From positions 16,580-80,579 of IMG/VR virus record IMGVR_UViG_3300020050_010116: a DNA stretch of 64,000 bases. One strand, written 5' to 3'. The DNA comes from a virus (taxonomy: Duplodnaviria; Caudoviricetes). A program made the translations under genes and the position numbers. Positions 19,201-29,000 of this stretch are shown here, piece by piece. Every line of letters begins with the position of its first letter. The stretch's first letter is position 1. Below the pieces are notes generated by a model. It saw nothing but the letters and a program-made list of their open reading frames with translations. It had not been told where the DNA came from and did no database searches.

Positions 19201-20888
19201 TTGATGCTTTAGTAAATGACACTCAAAGAAATAAACAATTAGCTAGATCTGGTGAAGCAACAAACGCTGCTAGAGATTTTAAAGATAGTAACTTAGGCGA
19301 TGTTGTAGGTATAGGTGAGTTTCAACGTAAAATTATGGGTACTTCTTCAGGAGCACTCCCTCAAACAACCAACATGCTTAAGAATCAAATGCCAAACTGG
19401 TTACCTTCTGATGGTAATAGATACTATATTGATTTCTCTAAAGGTAATCCTTACTCTCTTGTTGAGAACGGAGAAACAAGGCTTCCAGGCAGAGGCTTCG
19501 AAGCACTTCATCCTGAATTAAAAGGCTTAAAGCCTGAGGACTACCCTTTAATCTATCAGTATAAGATTTTATCTGACGTAGCTAAAGGCTCTTCAGAGCA
19601 GTATCGTATGCGAAGAAAGCTATTAGATTTATATAAAGAAGGAAGCCTTAGCAAAAAAGAAGAAGACATTTTAGTTGATACTTTAGATAAGGAGGTTGCC
19701 AGAGATAATAAGAGACGTTTCAGAGATACTCCTGACAGTAATGGAGGCCTTTTTGGAATGTTACAGAGTACTCTCTGGAATAATATGATTACTGTATCTA
19801 ATAGTAATCCTCTAGAGATGCTGACACCTTGGAGACCTTTTAGTAAATTTGTACATCAAAGAACAGCTATTGAGGATTACGAGGCAACTCAACTAGGAGG
19901 TAGTGATACTGCAATCTGGACCAACCCTTACAGTCATTTTATAAAACCTGCATTAAATAAAATGCGTTTGTTAGTAGATGATACTTTCAAACCAGATGAG
20001 TTAATTGAAAAGGAAAATGTTAACGAGTACTTCGACAAACTCTCTTTGTTAAAAGGTTTGTTAAATAGTAATGAAAAAGAAGCTTATCAAACGGTAGTGC
20101 ATTCTAGTTTATCAGGTTTAAATACTAAAGAAAAAGTGTTACGTTTTAAAGCCGCGCTAACTGATGATCAAAAAGTATATTTTAATGATTTCTCTAAAGA
20201 GACTGGTACAGAGGCTAGAAAGAGAATACTTGAGATGCTTCCTGACGATGTAGCTCAAGGTTATCAACAAATTTGGAGAAATCTTGATTTAGCCACCAAA
20301 GCAAAAAATGCAGGGCAGTCTGTTCAAAAAGCGCTCATGAATGATTTTATTGAATCAACTGAAAAGTTAAAGAGCAGCTTTGGAGACATACCTTTAAGTA
20401 ACGAAGAAAAACAGCAGATAAATAAAACAATCACTAAAAATCGAGATGATTATGCTAACCAAGGGTATTCTTTATCTGAAAGAAGAGCTATGCTTGAAGC
20501 AGAAGCTTACAGGACTAAAGTAGCTCAAAAAGAAGCTTATCAGTATATTGAGCAAGCTACTGGAACACCTTCTGGATTTTTTGCTGGTTGGGACCCTAGG
20601 CTAACTGTTGACGATATAAAGATTAAAACTTTAGCTATTGGCGGAGAAGATTTAAGAAAGTTTGGATTTTGGAAGACAGATGAAGAACGTATGAATAACA
20701 TCTCAGAGCTTAACAGAGAAGAACAAGTTGTAACTAAATTAGATGCAATCAAAGAAGAAGTAAAAGCTTCAAGAACAACTAAAGAAGCAATTAAACATGC
20801 GTTGTTTAATAAAGGGTTTGTCGCAACAAATGTTAGAATCAACGACTCAGAAATAAATTCAGTTATAGTAAGAAATAATAACAATTAA
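16281..20888 (+). CDS. Tape-measure-like protein with internal staphylococcal nuclease (SNase/thermonuclease) domain
   Basis: 1535 aa after chaperones; Gly-rich hydrophobic helices; SNase motifs DADT, RLAGVDAPE, YGRQLG, INMELLRQG, KGLW at about 18285-18725. Confidence 0.75.
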   Translation: MDPRLEDTGNPIPELLGAYAGYKVLNASNKARELYNKLPGTTALQYQLARSNVAIDTTTQSLDRAILSQVMALEEASPLHILRTFQISNLLQPFIKISDFNQEVHISGQSIRGQQVFYESLLREQQKESKRRVNRLLQSEDLKRGLIFKNNKLYGVDKQGKINLNDIVLHDARLVTATQRNGGVVSQNHVLRKYAEGLKAPLNLKNAINDPLMVVGSYQNNLGKQLNAYLKLGMEMGYKTLDNPIQGFEDIVSGLGGDLSGLTRTSFWQKAKSLANIRLGTGGVYDLDHLQSLKLMTKNLVTKSAGAYIGYQGLDSLSRWLAPAGSDFDSGLFAGLGGMYADFRIGFAKVWSDRFQGYKERQEQSAPGSTDLLTLMGFPLGGALVGAQYSYFSRIGKTFKDGAPAAADKYSAENTSKLLQRVAGIDSPMTLMKRNSLIGAAIGGALTLPFLPGALIGASSKELEERYSGKKDTEIRANRWWLFGGNSIQGDHVKYSQKNWFQLAKSEGKTKAIYGDDETKKSLNPLLHPFSYLRDPYKFEKLTNDSMPYPVWGMEIGYGSFVGKIFERTIGQVIKPDVLNPEIAQAKKEHEARVNKLKNTNDIFGLSIDKEIISFRNKNLGASYTPSTEDSFGEKTTRLFEYGEYNPALRNIVNQVAGLKNTDNTKVIDLSKYDINVEDADTIELKRKGLFGFLDKKVQVRLAGVDAPETSDHAAGSSPKDVFHQAQEYNKEATQTLKDMLARQSELKLIVNTKDQTYGRQLGVIVGDNNSNINMELLRQGAVTALPWDGGDIVSKSDLMAAQKEAQRNNKGLWQGKRYKAEQLFGELTGEVQTHNTFTSLQRLSENPVLGSLATYLKNIEGQKGGLTQEQVQDITMLANTFLNFKEGTSEQKQRSRDLGLEVRKNPTDGSTSAINTNLSFTPNVLPSLGYGNTGVKPVLPAPSFDPITQGSELAYQSLTDFVGIKGWAFSMAVDALVNDTQRNKQLARSGEATNAARDFKDSNLGDVVGIGEFQRKIMGTSSGALPQTTNMLKNQMPNWLPSDGNRYYIDFSKGNPYSLVENGETRLPGRGFEALHPELKGLKPEDYPLIYQYKILSDVAKGSSEQYRMRRKLLDLYKEGSLSKKEEDILVDTLDKEVARDNKRRFRDTPDSNGGLFGMLQSTLWNNMITVSNSNPLEMLTPWRPFSKFVHQRTAIEDYEATQLGGSDTAIWTNPYSHFIKPALNKMRLLVDDTFKPDELIEKENVNEYFDKLSLLKGLLNSNEKEAYQTVVHSSLSGLNTKEKVLRFKAALTDDQKVYFNDFSKETGTEARKRILEMLPDDVAQGYQQIWRNLDLATKAKNAGQSVQKALMNDFIESTEKLKSSFGDIPLSNEEKQQINKTITKNRDDYANQGYSLSERRAMLEAEAYRTKVAQKEAYQYIEQATGTPSGFFAGWDPRLTVDDIKIKTLAIGGEDLRKFGFWKTDEERMNNISELNREEQVVTKLDAIKEEVKASRTTKEAIKHALFNKGFVATNVRINDSEINSVIVRNNNN

Positions 20889-20904
20889 TAAAAGGTTTTA
20901 TAGA

Positions 20905-23900
20905 ATGCCAATAAGTACTAAAGGTAAATTTGTATTAGGCGCTGCTGTTACAGGAGCGTACACGGGGGATATAATTGATGATCCCGTTGCTGGTATATTC
21001 GGAGCACTAGTTCTTGCAGGTACAGCTAGCGCAATGAAGCTTGTTACAAGTGATGTTGTAGGTAACAGTAAAGTTATGAATACTTTTAATATTGATCAAA
21101 ATAAGATTAATATTACTAGGCAAACTGGTTACACAGAAGCTGATCTCGCTGTAATGGCAAGAACAAAGAATAAGCTTAACAAAATAAACGCACACTTTAA
21201 GAACATAGCTGACTTACGTACTCAGTTAGAGGATGTAACTTTAAAGTTACAAGATCCTAATTTAGAACCCGGTGTTCGTAAACGATTAATAAGAACAGGT
21301 AAAACTTTAAATAGAAAACTAGCTAAGGTTGGTAATCAATCTGCTGAAGGTTTTGCTCAAAACATTGCAGAAAAGCTTAAAGTAACTAATACAACTATTA
21401 ATCCTACACAACAAGGATTAATAGATTATGTTAACGCTATTTCTGAACCTTCCAAAGCAAATGCTGTACTAGCTATGTTAGAAGGAGCTTCTCCTGTACA
21501 ACAACAGAGTATCAAAAAATCTGTTATGCCTACAAAGAATACAAAAGCTGTTTTTTCACTAAGTAGGAAATCTACACCAGCTTCACTAACAAAGTACTTA
21601 ATGACTAACCTTGGAAATACTCAAGCTGACGCTGAGTTAAAAACAAAGTTGGTGTTAGATAGAGCAGTAGGGGATACAATAACTATTCAGAATCATAATA
21701 TGATGTTTACTGATAAATTTACAGGTAAAACCCAAGTTCTTCCATTAACAGCAGAGACAAAGAAAGGGATTATGTATCACTCCCCTTCTGCAGGTACTTA
21801 TTTTGCTGTCGCAGGTGTTAATCCTTACGCTGCTGCTTATAGTACTGGACAAACTGTTAAGATGTTAGATGGTACTACTAGAGTACCAACTTTTCAAGAC
21901 GCGACTAAAAGAATGCATCCAGAATTACTAGCGTTACAGTTATATCAAGGTAAGTCTTTAGATGATGGAATTTCATTTGTAAAAGCACAAATGAAATTCT
22001 CAGGAGATGAATCTCAAAATGAACTAATCCACCGTGCCACAAAACTAAACGATACAGATCTTACTCAAAGATTTAGAGCAACAGGTAGTGCTCTTAATAT
22101 AGAACATACTTTAAATTATGACAATTTAGGTAATCTAGTTGAAGATAAGCCACTTAGGAAAATTGCTAAAGTAAGTTCTCAAGGAGGTACTAGTTCTGAA
22201 TTAAAAGCTGCAATGATGGCATATCAACAAGGTTTTATTGACAATGCTGGTGCAGCAGAGAGTATGTTTAATAACGTCTCTATTAACAATTTAACTACTA
22301 TATCAGGAACTGTTTTCAATCCTTTAGCACCTATGAGTATGAATCAAAGGGGCGCTACTGCTGTTGGTATTCGTGATACTGTACCTGTAAACCGATCAAG
22401 TGCTTATAAAACACTAGCTGCCTCTGTAAAATCTTTTGAGCAACAATTTGAGAGTTCTAATGTATTTGATAAGATTGATATCCTAGATAAAAAAGCTTTT
22501 AATGAAGCTGTTGCACATTTATATGGTTCTGATAAAGTATTAGCCGATGGTGCTGGTTTATTTAATTTAAATGCTTCCGCTATGTTCGAGCACGGATTGA
22601 ATCAACGTATTGTGATCTCCCCTCAAAAATCTGGAAATCTTTTTATTAAAAATTCGAGAATTAATGAGTTATTACAAGCTCACCAAGAACTTCTTGAATC
22701 TAAGAGCAAAGTACTTAAAAATGGTAACGGAGTTATTGATGAAGATTTCATAGACCTGTATCAAAAAGCAAAAGGCTTGCGTTCCCTTGATGCAGCTAGA
22801 ATGAAAAAAGGAGAAGCCTCTCTTATACCAGATGATGTTAAGACTATTGCTCAACTTATGGATCATGTTGGTACTAAAGCTTATCTTCCTGTTGGATTCC
22901 CTCATGAAGACTTAGACAGGTACGTAGGTAAGTTTAAGATTAAACCTGAGCAAGTTCTTGCTTACAACGGTGATGGTAGTGCTGTTAAATTACACAAACA
23001 GTTTAGTGAAGGAGTTCTTAAAGGATTGATGATGGACGAATCTGGACAATTAATCTTGCACACCAACTCCACGTTTAACCCAGGAAAAGAAGGTATTGTT
23101 AAGTTGTTTTCTGAGGCATCAAAGAGTAATTTATTCGGTGTATCCAATTACAAGCAAATAGCTGCTTTAGGTGCTCTAACAAACGCAGGTCAAATTACCA
23201 TCAAAGATGGGCTACCTTACTACAAAGGTGATATGCGAGCTCCAATCACGACTGACTTACTAGATAAGTATGTTAGTCTTGTAGAAGATAAAGTTGCAAA
23301 AAACGTTCCGTTATCTCCTCTGGAAATGGCAACAAAAAATGCAATGTCCACTCAAGTACTCTTAGCTGCAGAAGATACAAATATATCTGATTTTATTAAG
23401 ATGACTAATGCTAGTACTAGAGATGAGGTAATGGATACTCTTAAGAAAGGGAGCAAAGTTAAATTATCAGATAACAGCTTACAGATGGTGCAAAACGCTT
23501 TACACAAAAATTCTTCTCTTAACGATACAAAAAGAGCTGCACTAGCTGCTTATATGACTGCTAATTTTAAAGGTGCTACGGATATAACAGGCACTGCTGT
23601 AGGAAATATCATGGAGAATTTCCAAGCTGTAGTAGAGAACAGAAGCACTAAAGCTCAGGAACAAGCTATCTCTAATCTATTTAGTATGTTTTCTGGAGAC
23701 AAGCCTACAATAGATGGTGTAAGAACAGACGCAGAAATGCGTAATAAAACTCATGCGAAACTAACAAAGCTTATTGCATCATCAACTAATTTAAAAAATC
23801 TAACGGAAGAAGATCCAAAGAAAAGACAGGCTGCCTTTAACAGACTTGTTAAATTACTGTCAGGTGTTTCTGATGATGATTTACAAAGATACTCCAGCGG

Positions 23901-26085
23901 TACTACTAATACAATAGCTTCTTTAAATAAAGGTCAAGGTGTTCTTGGTATAGGTAATGAAGCTAGATTGTCTTGGACAGCACAACATCAATTATTGCAA
24001 TCTGGTTTTACTAAAGAACAACTCAGTGTTTTCGGTCACAGTGATCCTCAAGCTCTGTTAGAGTTAGAGTCTTTGTTTGGAGAAACAAACTCTGGGTTTG
24101 GTAGACGACATGCAAAAACAACAATCAATAAGTATCTCACTCAAGACAATTTATCTGACTTTGAACGTACTTTAGCTAGAACTGTCCCTGAAGGAAGACT
24201 AGCTGCACTCAAAAAACTAGGTATTGAGGTATCTGATAAAACTCCTTTTATAACTTACGAATTAAAAAATAGTTACAAAGGTCTTGAGAGATTAAACTTC
24301 AGTACAGTTAGTACTAATCGTTCTGGTTTTTTCACAAAGGATGATCAGTTACTGCTAAAACAACTAGAAGGGCATCGTTTAAACTTGTTCAGATTAGACA
24401 GACAACTTGCCAATGCTAAAGGAGATAAAATTCCTCAAGCTAGAAAGGCTTTTGAAGAAGCAGCAGACGAGTACATAAAAATATCCGAAGGTACTCTTAG
24501 AGGGGATAATTCTTTAGTAAAAAATGCAGCATCACTCAGATCAAAACAAAGTAACGTCGGTCTTGCAAGAGCTATTGGAGGAGAAGCCTCTGCGTATATT
24601 CAAAATCAAGTAGACGATGGGAAAATGCCTAATGGTGTTTTTGTGTCTGAGGAGGGTTTAGATATGCGTTTAAAAAGAATGAATATTGGGGATAAGGAGT
24701 GGAGATACGCCCCAATTGACGGATACTCTGACCTAAATAAAGTACAATATAAAGTTAATAACGAGTGGATAGATTTAAAAGGACTCTATACTAGGGAGCC
24801 GTCTCAAGGTAACCTATCTACTACTTGGGAAGATATTATTGTTGATCGTTCTATAAAAGACAAAGAAAGTGCGGGACATACTTATGTAACAGAGAATCAC
24901 ATTGCATTCACTACTGGTAAGGTCATGGATTACGACCAAGATCAACTTCAAGAGTTGTTTCCTAAATTGTCAAGTAAGGCTCAACAGGTCGAGTTAGATA
25001 CAAAGTTTAATAAAATTGGGGAAGATGTTAATAGAATTGCCAGATTGCATAAGTTTCTAAAAGTTAAAGGTGCTGATAAGGCAACGCCAACTGCAATGGA
25101 CTTTGATAATTATGAGGATGCAGTTAGTTATAAAAATGTTGCTGGTCTTCAAGGACGTGAAAGAAAAGCGTTAGCACCTCCATCCACAGCTTTAGCAGTT
25201 GATATAACTGAAGCTTTAAGTTTAGAATTTGGCAAGGATAGTCAGAGAACACACAATGCTCGTTTCCTAACTCATACCTTAGTTGAAAACTTAATCAAGT
25301 CAGCGCACGTTGACACTAAAGACTATGAAAAACAAACGGAGTCTAGTATTGAAGCTTTTTCTAGATTAAGAAAAGACTATATCGGGGGGAGAATAGATGC
25401 CAAAACATATAGAAAAGAGATAACTCCAATTATTGATCAATCCTTAAACTTAGGTAAAGCGTTAGCTAGTACAGATTTATCTCAAGAAGATAAAGATTTT
25501 CTATCTGCAGCTAGAGATGATATGGTAACAGCAGAAGTAAATCAAGCTAAAACTGTTGCTTCTCGTGCTAAGCACCCACTACATGTAACTCAAGGTGTTG
25601 GAGGTGGTAACATCATGACAAGAGCGGCAGATGCTTTAGAAAACTTTGTTCTAGGCACTGGAGGTGAGTTTGATTTGCAAGGTACTCAATCCTATGGTAG
25701 AATGTTAACCGAAACTAAAACTAATATAGCAAAAACAATAAGTCAAAACAAAGGTATAATAGGACTAGGTTTGGGTGCATTAACAGTAGGGTCAATGATG
25801 ACTAGGTCAGGACCTGATCTTCCAGATATTGATAAAGTTGATACTGACCGTTATATTAGGAATGATCCTTCCAAGAACTTAAGACCAGCTAGAACAGTAC
25901 CGACAGGTATAGACACTAATAAGCAAACTAGTAATTACATAGTACCAAAACAACACACAAAAGCAAGATCCATAGAAATTGATGGCGATTATACTGATCT
26001 CTTAGTACCTCCAGAGGAAAGAGTAAGAGATATGTCTTCGGCAGTATTCGGTGATGCTTTAAGACAAGTACGAATTGAAACATAA
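20905..26085 (+). CDS. Giant virion/ejection protein, candidate single-chain two-barrel RNA polymerase
   Basis: 1726 aa; ordered motifs DGAG (aa 548-551), flap-like IKPEQVLAY, KLFSEASK (733-740), R-E-P (1297-1299), DYDQD (1342-1346); hydrophobic helices at both ends. Confidence 0.6.
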   Translation: MPISTKGKFVLGAAVTGAYTGDIIDDPVAGIFGALVLAGTASAMKLVTSDVVGNSKVMNTFNIDQNKINITRQTGYTEADLAVMARTKNKLNKINAHFKNIADLRTQLEDVTLKLQDPNLEPGVRKRLIRTGKTLNRKLAKVGNQSAEGFAQNIAEKLKVTNTTINPTQQGLIDYVNAISEPSKANAVLAMLEGASPVQQQSIKKSVMPTKNTKAVFSLSRKSTPASLTKYLMTNLGNTQADAELKTKLVLDRAVGDTITIQNHNMMFTDKFTGKTQVLPLTAETKKGIMYHSPSAGTYFAVAGVNPYAAAYSTGQTVKMLDGTTRVPTFQDATKRMHPELLALQLYQGKSLDDGISFVKAQMKFSGDESQNELIHRATKLNDTDLTQRFRATGSALNIEHTLNYDNLGNLVEDKPLRKIAKVSSQGGTSSELKAAMMAYQQGFIDNAGAAESMFNNVSINNLTTISGTVFNPLAPMSMNQRGATAVGIRDTVPVNRSSAYKTLAASVKSFEQQFESSNVFDKIDILDKKAFNEAVAHLYGSDKVLADGAGLFNLNASAMFEHGLNQRIVISPQKSGNLFIKNSRINELLQAHQELLESKSKVLKNGNGVIDEDFIDLYQKAKGLRSLDAARMKKGEASLIPDDVKTIAQLMDHVGTKAYLPVGFPHEDLDRYVGKFKIKPEQVLAYNGDGSAVKLHKQFSEGVLKGLMMDESGQLILHTNSTFNPGKEGIVKLFSEASKSNLFGVSNYKQIAALGALTNAGQITIKDGLPYYKGDMRAPITTDLLDKYVSLVEDKVAKNVPLSPLEMATKNAMSTQVLLAAEDTNISDFIKMTNASTRDEVMDTLKKGSKVKLSDNSLQMVQNALHKNSSLNDTKRAALAAYMTANFKGATDITGTAVGNIMENFQAVVENRSTKAQEQAISNLFSMFSGDKPTIDGVRTDAEMRNKTHAKLTKLIASSTNLKNLTEEDPKKRQAAFNRLVKLLSGVSDDDLQRYSSGTTNTIASLNKGQGVLGIGNEARLSWTAQHQLLQSGFTKEQLSVFGHSDPQALLELESLFGETNSGFGRRHAKTTINKYLTQDNLSDFERTLARTVPEGRLAALKKLGIEVSDKTPFITYELKNSYKGLERLNFSTVSTNRSGFFTKDDQLLLKQLEGHRLNLFRLDRQLANAKGDKIPQARKAFEEAADEYIKISEGTLRGDNSLVKNAASLRSKQSNVGLARAIGGEASAYIQNQVDDGKMPNGVFVSEEGLDMRLKRMNIGDKEWRYAPIDGYSDLNKVQYKVNNEWIDLKGLYTREPSQGNLSTTWEDIIVDRSIKDKESAGHTYVTENHIAFTTGKVMDYDQDQLQELFPKLSSKAQQVELDTKFNKIGEDVNRIARLHKFLKVKGADKATPTAMDFDNYEDAVSYKNVAGLQGRERKALAPPSTALAVDITEALSLEFGKDSQRTHNARFLTHTLVENLIKSAHVDTKDYEKQTESSIEAFSRLRKDYIGGRIDAKTYRKEITPIIDQSLNLGKALASTDLSQEDKDFLSAARDDMVTAEVNQAKTVASRAKHPLHVTQGVGGGNIMTRAADALENFVLGTGGEFDLQGTQSYGRMLTETKTNIAKTISQNKGIIGLGLGALTVGSMMTRSGPDLPDIDKVDTDRYIRNDPSKNLRPARTVPTGIDTNKQTSNYIVPKQHTKARSIEIDGDYTDLLVPPEERVRDMSSAVFGDALRQVRIET

Positions 26086-26099
26086 CAAGGTAAAGTTAA

Positions 26100-29000
26100 A
26101 TGAAACAAAAAGAAGTATTTATTATAAATGATGTTACTCTAGACGTTAATCCTTCGGATATACGTTTGATTGATGACACTTATGCTATGCGAGAAAGTTA
26201 CTTAAGAAGTAATGCAGTATTCTCGCATAAATCTAAGTATGCGTCATCAAAAATAGTTGTGACAATTCCTGTACAAAGTAAAGATATTAATAATCTTTTT
26301 TCATATAAAGATTATAGTGATCTCTCTGGTATAGTTAAAGTTATTATACAATTAAATAACTATCCTTTTTGTTTCATTAAATCTAAAAGGATAGAGTCTT
26401 ACGTTAGTCCGACAGCAGTATCAGAGAAAACTAATTTTATGATATTTGCTGTCGATGAACTAAATATTGTAACTAAAAGCGAATTAAATGATGTAATGCT
26501 GCTAGAAGTAGTTCTAGTTTATTTTAATCATAAACCTTTTGTAGATGACTTTACTTTTGCTCGTACACTTAATACTAGCTCTAATCCTGTAGATATTAAT
26601 GAGAATTCAAATATTAAATTTGAAACAGAATACCTGTACAATGACGTAGGAGTAACTTCTTTAGAAGAGTCCGAAGCTTGGTCTCGTTATTTTAATAAAA
26701 CTTTAAGTGATATTAAATATAAAGTTACCAGAGAAAATGCTAATACATTTTTTAAAGGAACTCGTGGAAATCATTTCCTAAATAGTATTAAACTAGCAAT
26801 AGGTGTTCCAACTGTTAAAGTTATAACTTTAGATAGTGCTCAAACTGATTTTTCATTAGTAAACGAAGAGACTAAACTAGTTGTATCCTCTAATACGGAG
26901 TTAACTCAAGAAGAACTCTATACTAACTTATTAACAAATAAATCGGCACAAGATTTTAGAAATATTTTAAGGGAAGATAAACAATTTAAAGAGTTAGTTG
27001 GCGAAGTTAATCCAGAAACAATTATAGACAAAATTACAAATTTCAAAGCAGAAAAAAAAGCTGAGTTTTTTAAGAGACATAAAGTATTTGCTATTGACTA
27101 TGTCGACATGGATCTAACTACACTTAACATTGCTGTACAATCTTTTGAGTACAGAAAGAAGAACCGTCTTGCTATTAATCATATCGGATCGCTTAAACAC
27201 CCTGTAGTACAATTCATGGGTAGATATCCGACTGAGTTGAGTATTAATTTTACTTCTAACATAAACAGACAGTATGAAGGAGAGTACTCTCCTGACAGAT
27301 CTATTTCAGCTATCGTTAAAGAGCAATTCAATATTATTGACTACAATGCGAGTTTATACCCTGAAGTCACTGCATATAATAATCTTAAAATTAAAACAAC
27401 TCCTACATTGTTAACAGGTAATGTTCGTTACTTACCTAATCAAGTACATATCTCTGCAACAAGCCAACAGCAAGGACTAGACAGTTTTGCATGTACTTTT
27501 GTTGAGAGTGATTTGACAGAGTTGTTCAAGTTAGGAGAAGTTGTCAATTCAGGTAAAAAAGGTGGTTCCCAGTTAGCTGAGTTTTCTCACAAAGCTGTGC
27601 AGCAATTCTTAAGAGAAATGAAGCAGCTATTACAAGATAAAAATAAAATTAATTCTCTGTCTGAAGTGGATAAGGAGATATTGCTTAACTTGTACTCAAG
27701 ATGTTTACAGTTAATTAATATGATATATCAAGAGTTCGGTGCCAAAGATGTAACAGAATTAGGTGTTGATGATTTAGTTGAAAAAGTAAAAGAGAGCGAT
27801 TATTACTTGTTGGCTTTACTATTTACAACTTATGACCCAGGAGAGCCTTTTAGTGCAGCCACTGTTCTTGCTGGTTTTGCTGGTGTTGCTTTAATCGCAT
27901 CAGGTGTTGGTTTAATAGCAACAGGTGTTGGTTTAATAGCAACAGCGGCTACATATTTAGTAGCGGACCAATTTCAAGAAGAAATTAATTTATCTCCTTA
28001 TAATTATAAATTATTATTTAATAATGATGAAGAAAAGTCAACACCTGTTGTTCAACTTAATTTAAAATTATTAGAAGGCGTGCAAAGCAAAGAATTAATT
28101 TTAAATTTAATACAAGCCCGTTTAAATATTGTTACGAATACAAACGTATCTTCTTTTAAATCTAAGATTCAATTTAGAGAGTTTCCTGAGACAATAAATG
28201 CTTTCAGAGAAATACTTTCTTACATGCAATTAGGTGCAGAAAAAGGGAACAAGATTTGTCAAAAAGTAGTTTCTTCTTTTAATAAACAATTTTTTGAATT
28301 AATTGGTCAGCAAACTGTGTCTTTTACAGGACAAGCTATTCCTGATATTAAGTTGGAGAAGCTAGTTAATAATTATGTTACTGTTTCTGATAGCATAGTA
28401 CAAAATATCAACCCTTTCTTTTTTCTCAGAGAATATAAACATTTTGAAGACTTAGAAATAGAAGAGATATTTAATCAAGTTACAGAGTTAAATAATGCAC
28501 TTGAAGATGCCACAGGCATCACTGATACAATTGTTGAGATTGTAGCTGAAGAGCCTTTAATAGACAAAGTTGCGGGAGATCCTGATGCTTTGTCTTATCA
28601 GTCAGCAAAAATTAATTATGTTATGCCTATTCAGGCAGAGTACAAATACGCTACAGTACCTGAACCTTTGCTAAAATTTGAATCTGCCCTTGCTGAAGTC
28701 GAACGTCAAGAACGTGTAAAAAATAAAACGCCGCTAACTAACTCAACAAGCCCTGCCTACACTCCTTTTAGGGATAATTCAGTCCCTTTGATTAATGATA
28801 TTAAAAGAGACCACGATAGAGAGGTGTTACTTAAGTATAAATCTAGAGTTAATCTCCCATTAACAGATGATCAGTGGCTGTACTATGCAAACACTATAGC
28901 ACACAGGGAATCCAGGTATCGTCACGATATTAAAGGCGGAGCTAGGAATGCATACATAGGAAAGTATCAGTTAGGTACTGGTGCCTTGGTTGAAGGCCAA

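Noticed and set aside
25096-25113. MDFDNY as an alternative RNAP catalytic motif in the 1726-aa protein
   Set aside because: It lacks the third Asp and a correctly spaced upstream R-x-P, unlike DYDQD
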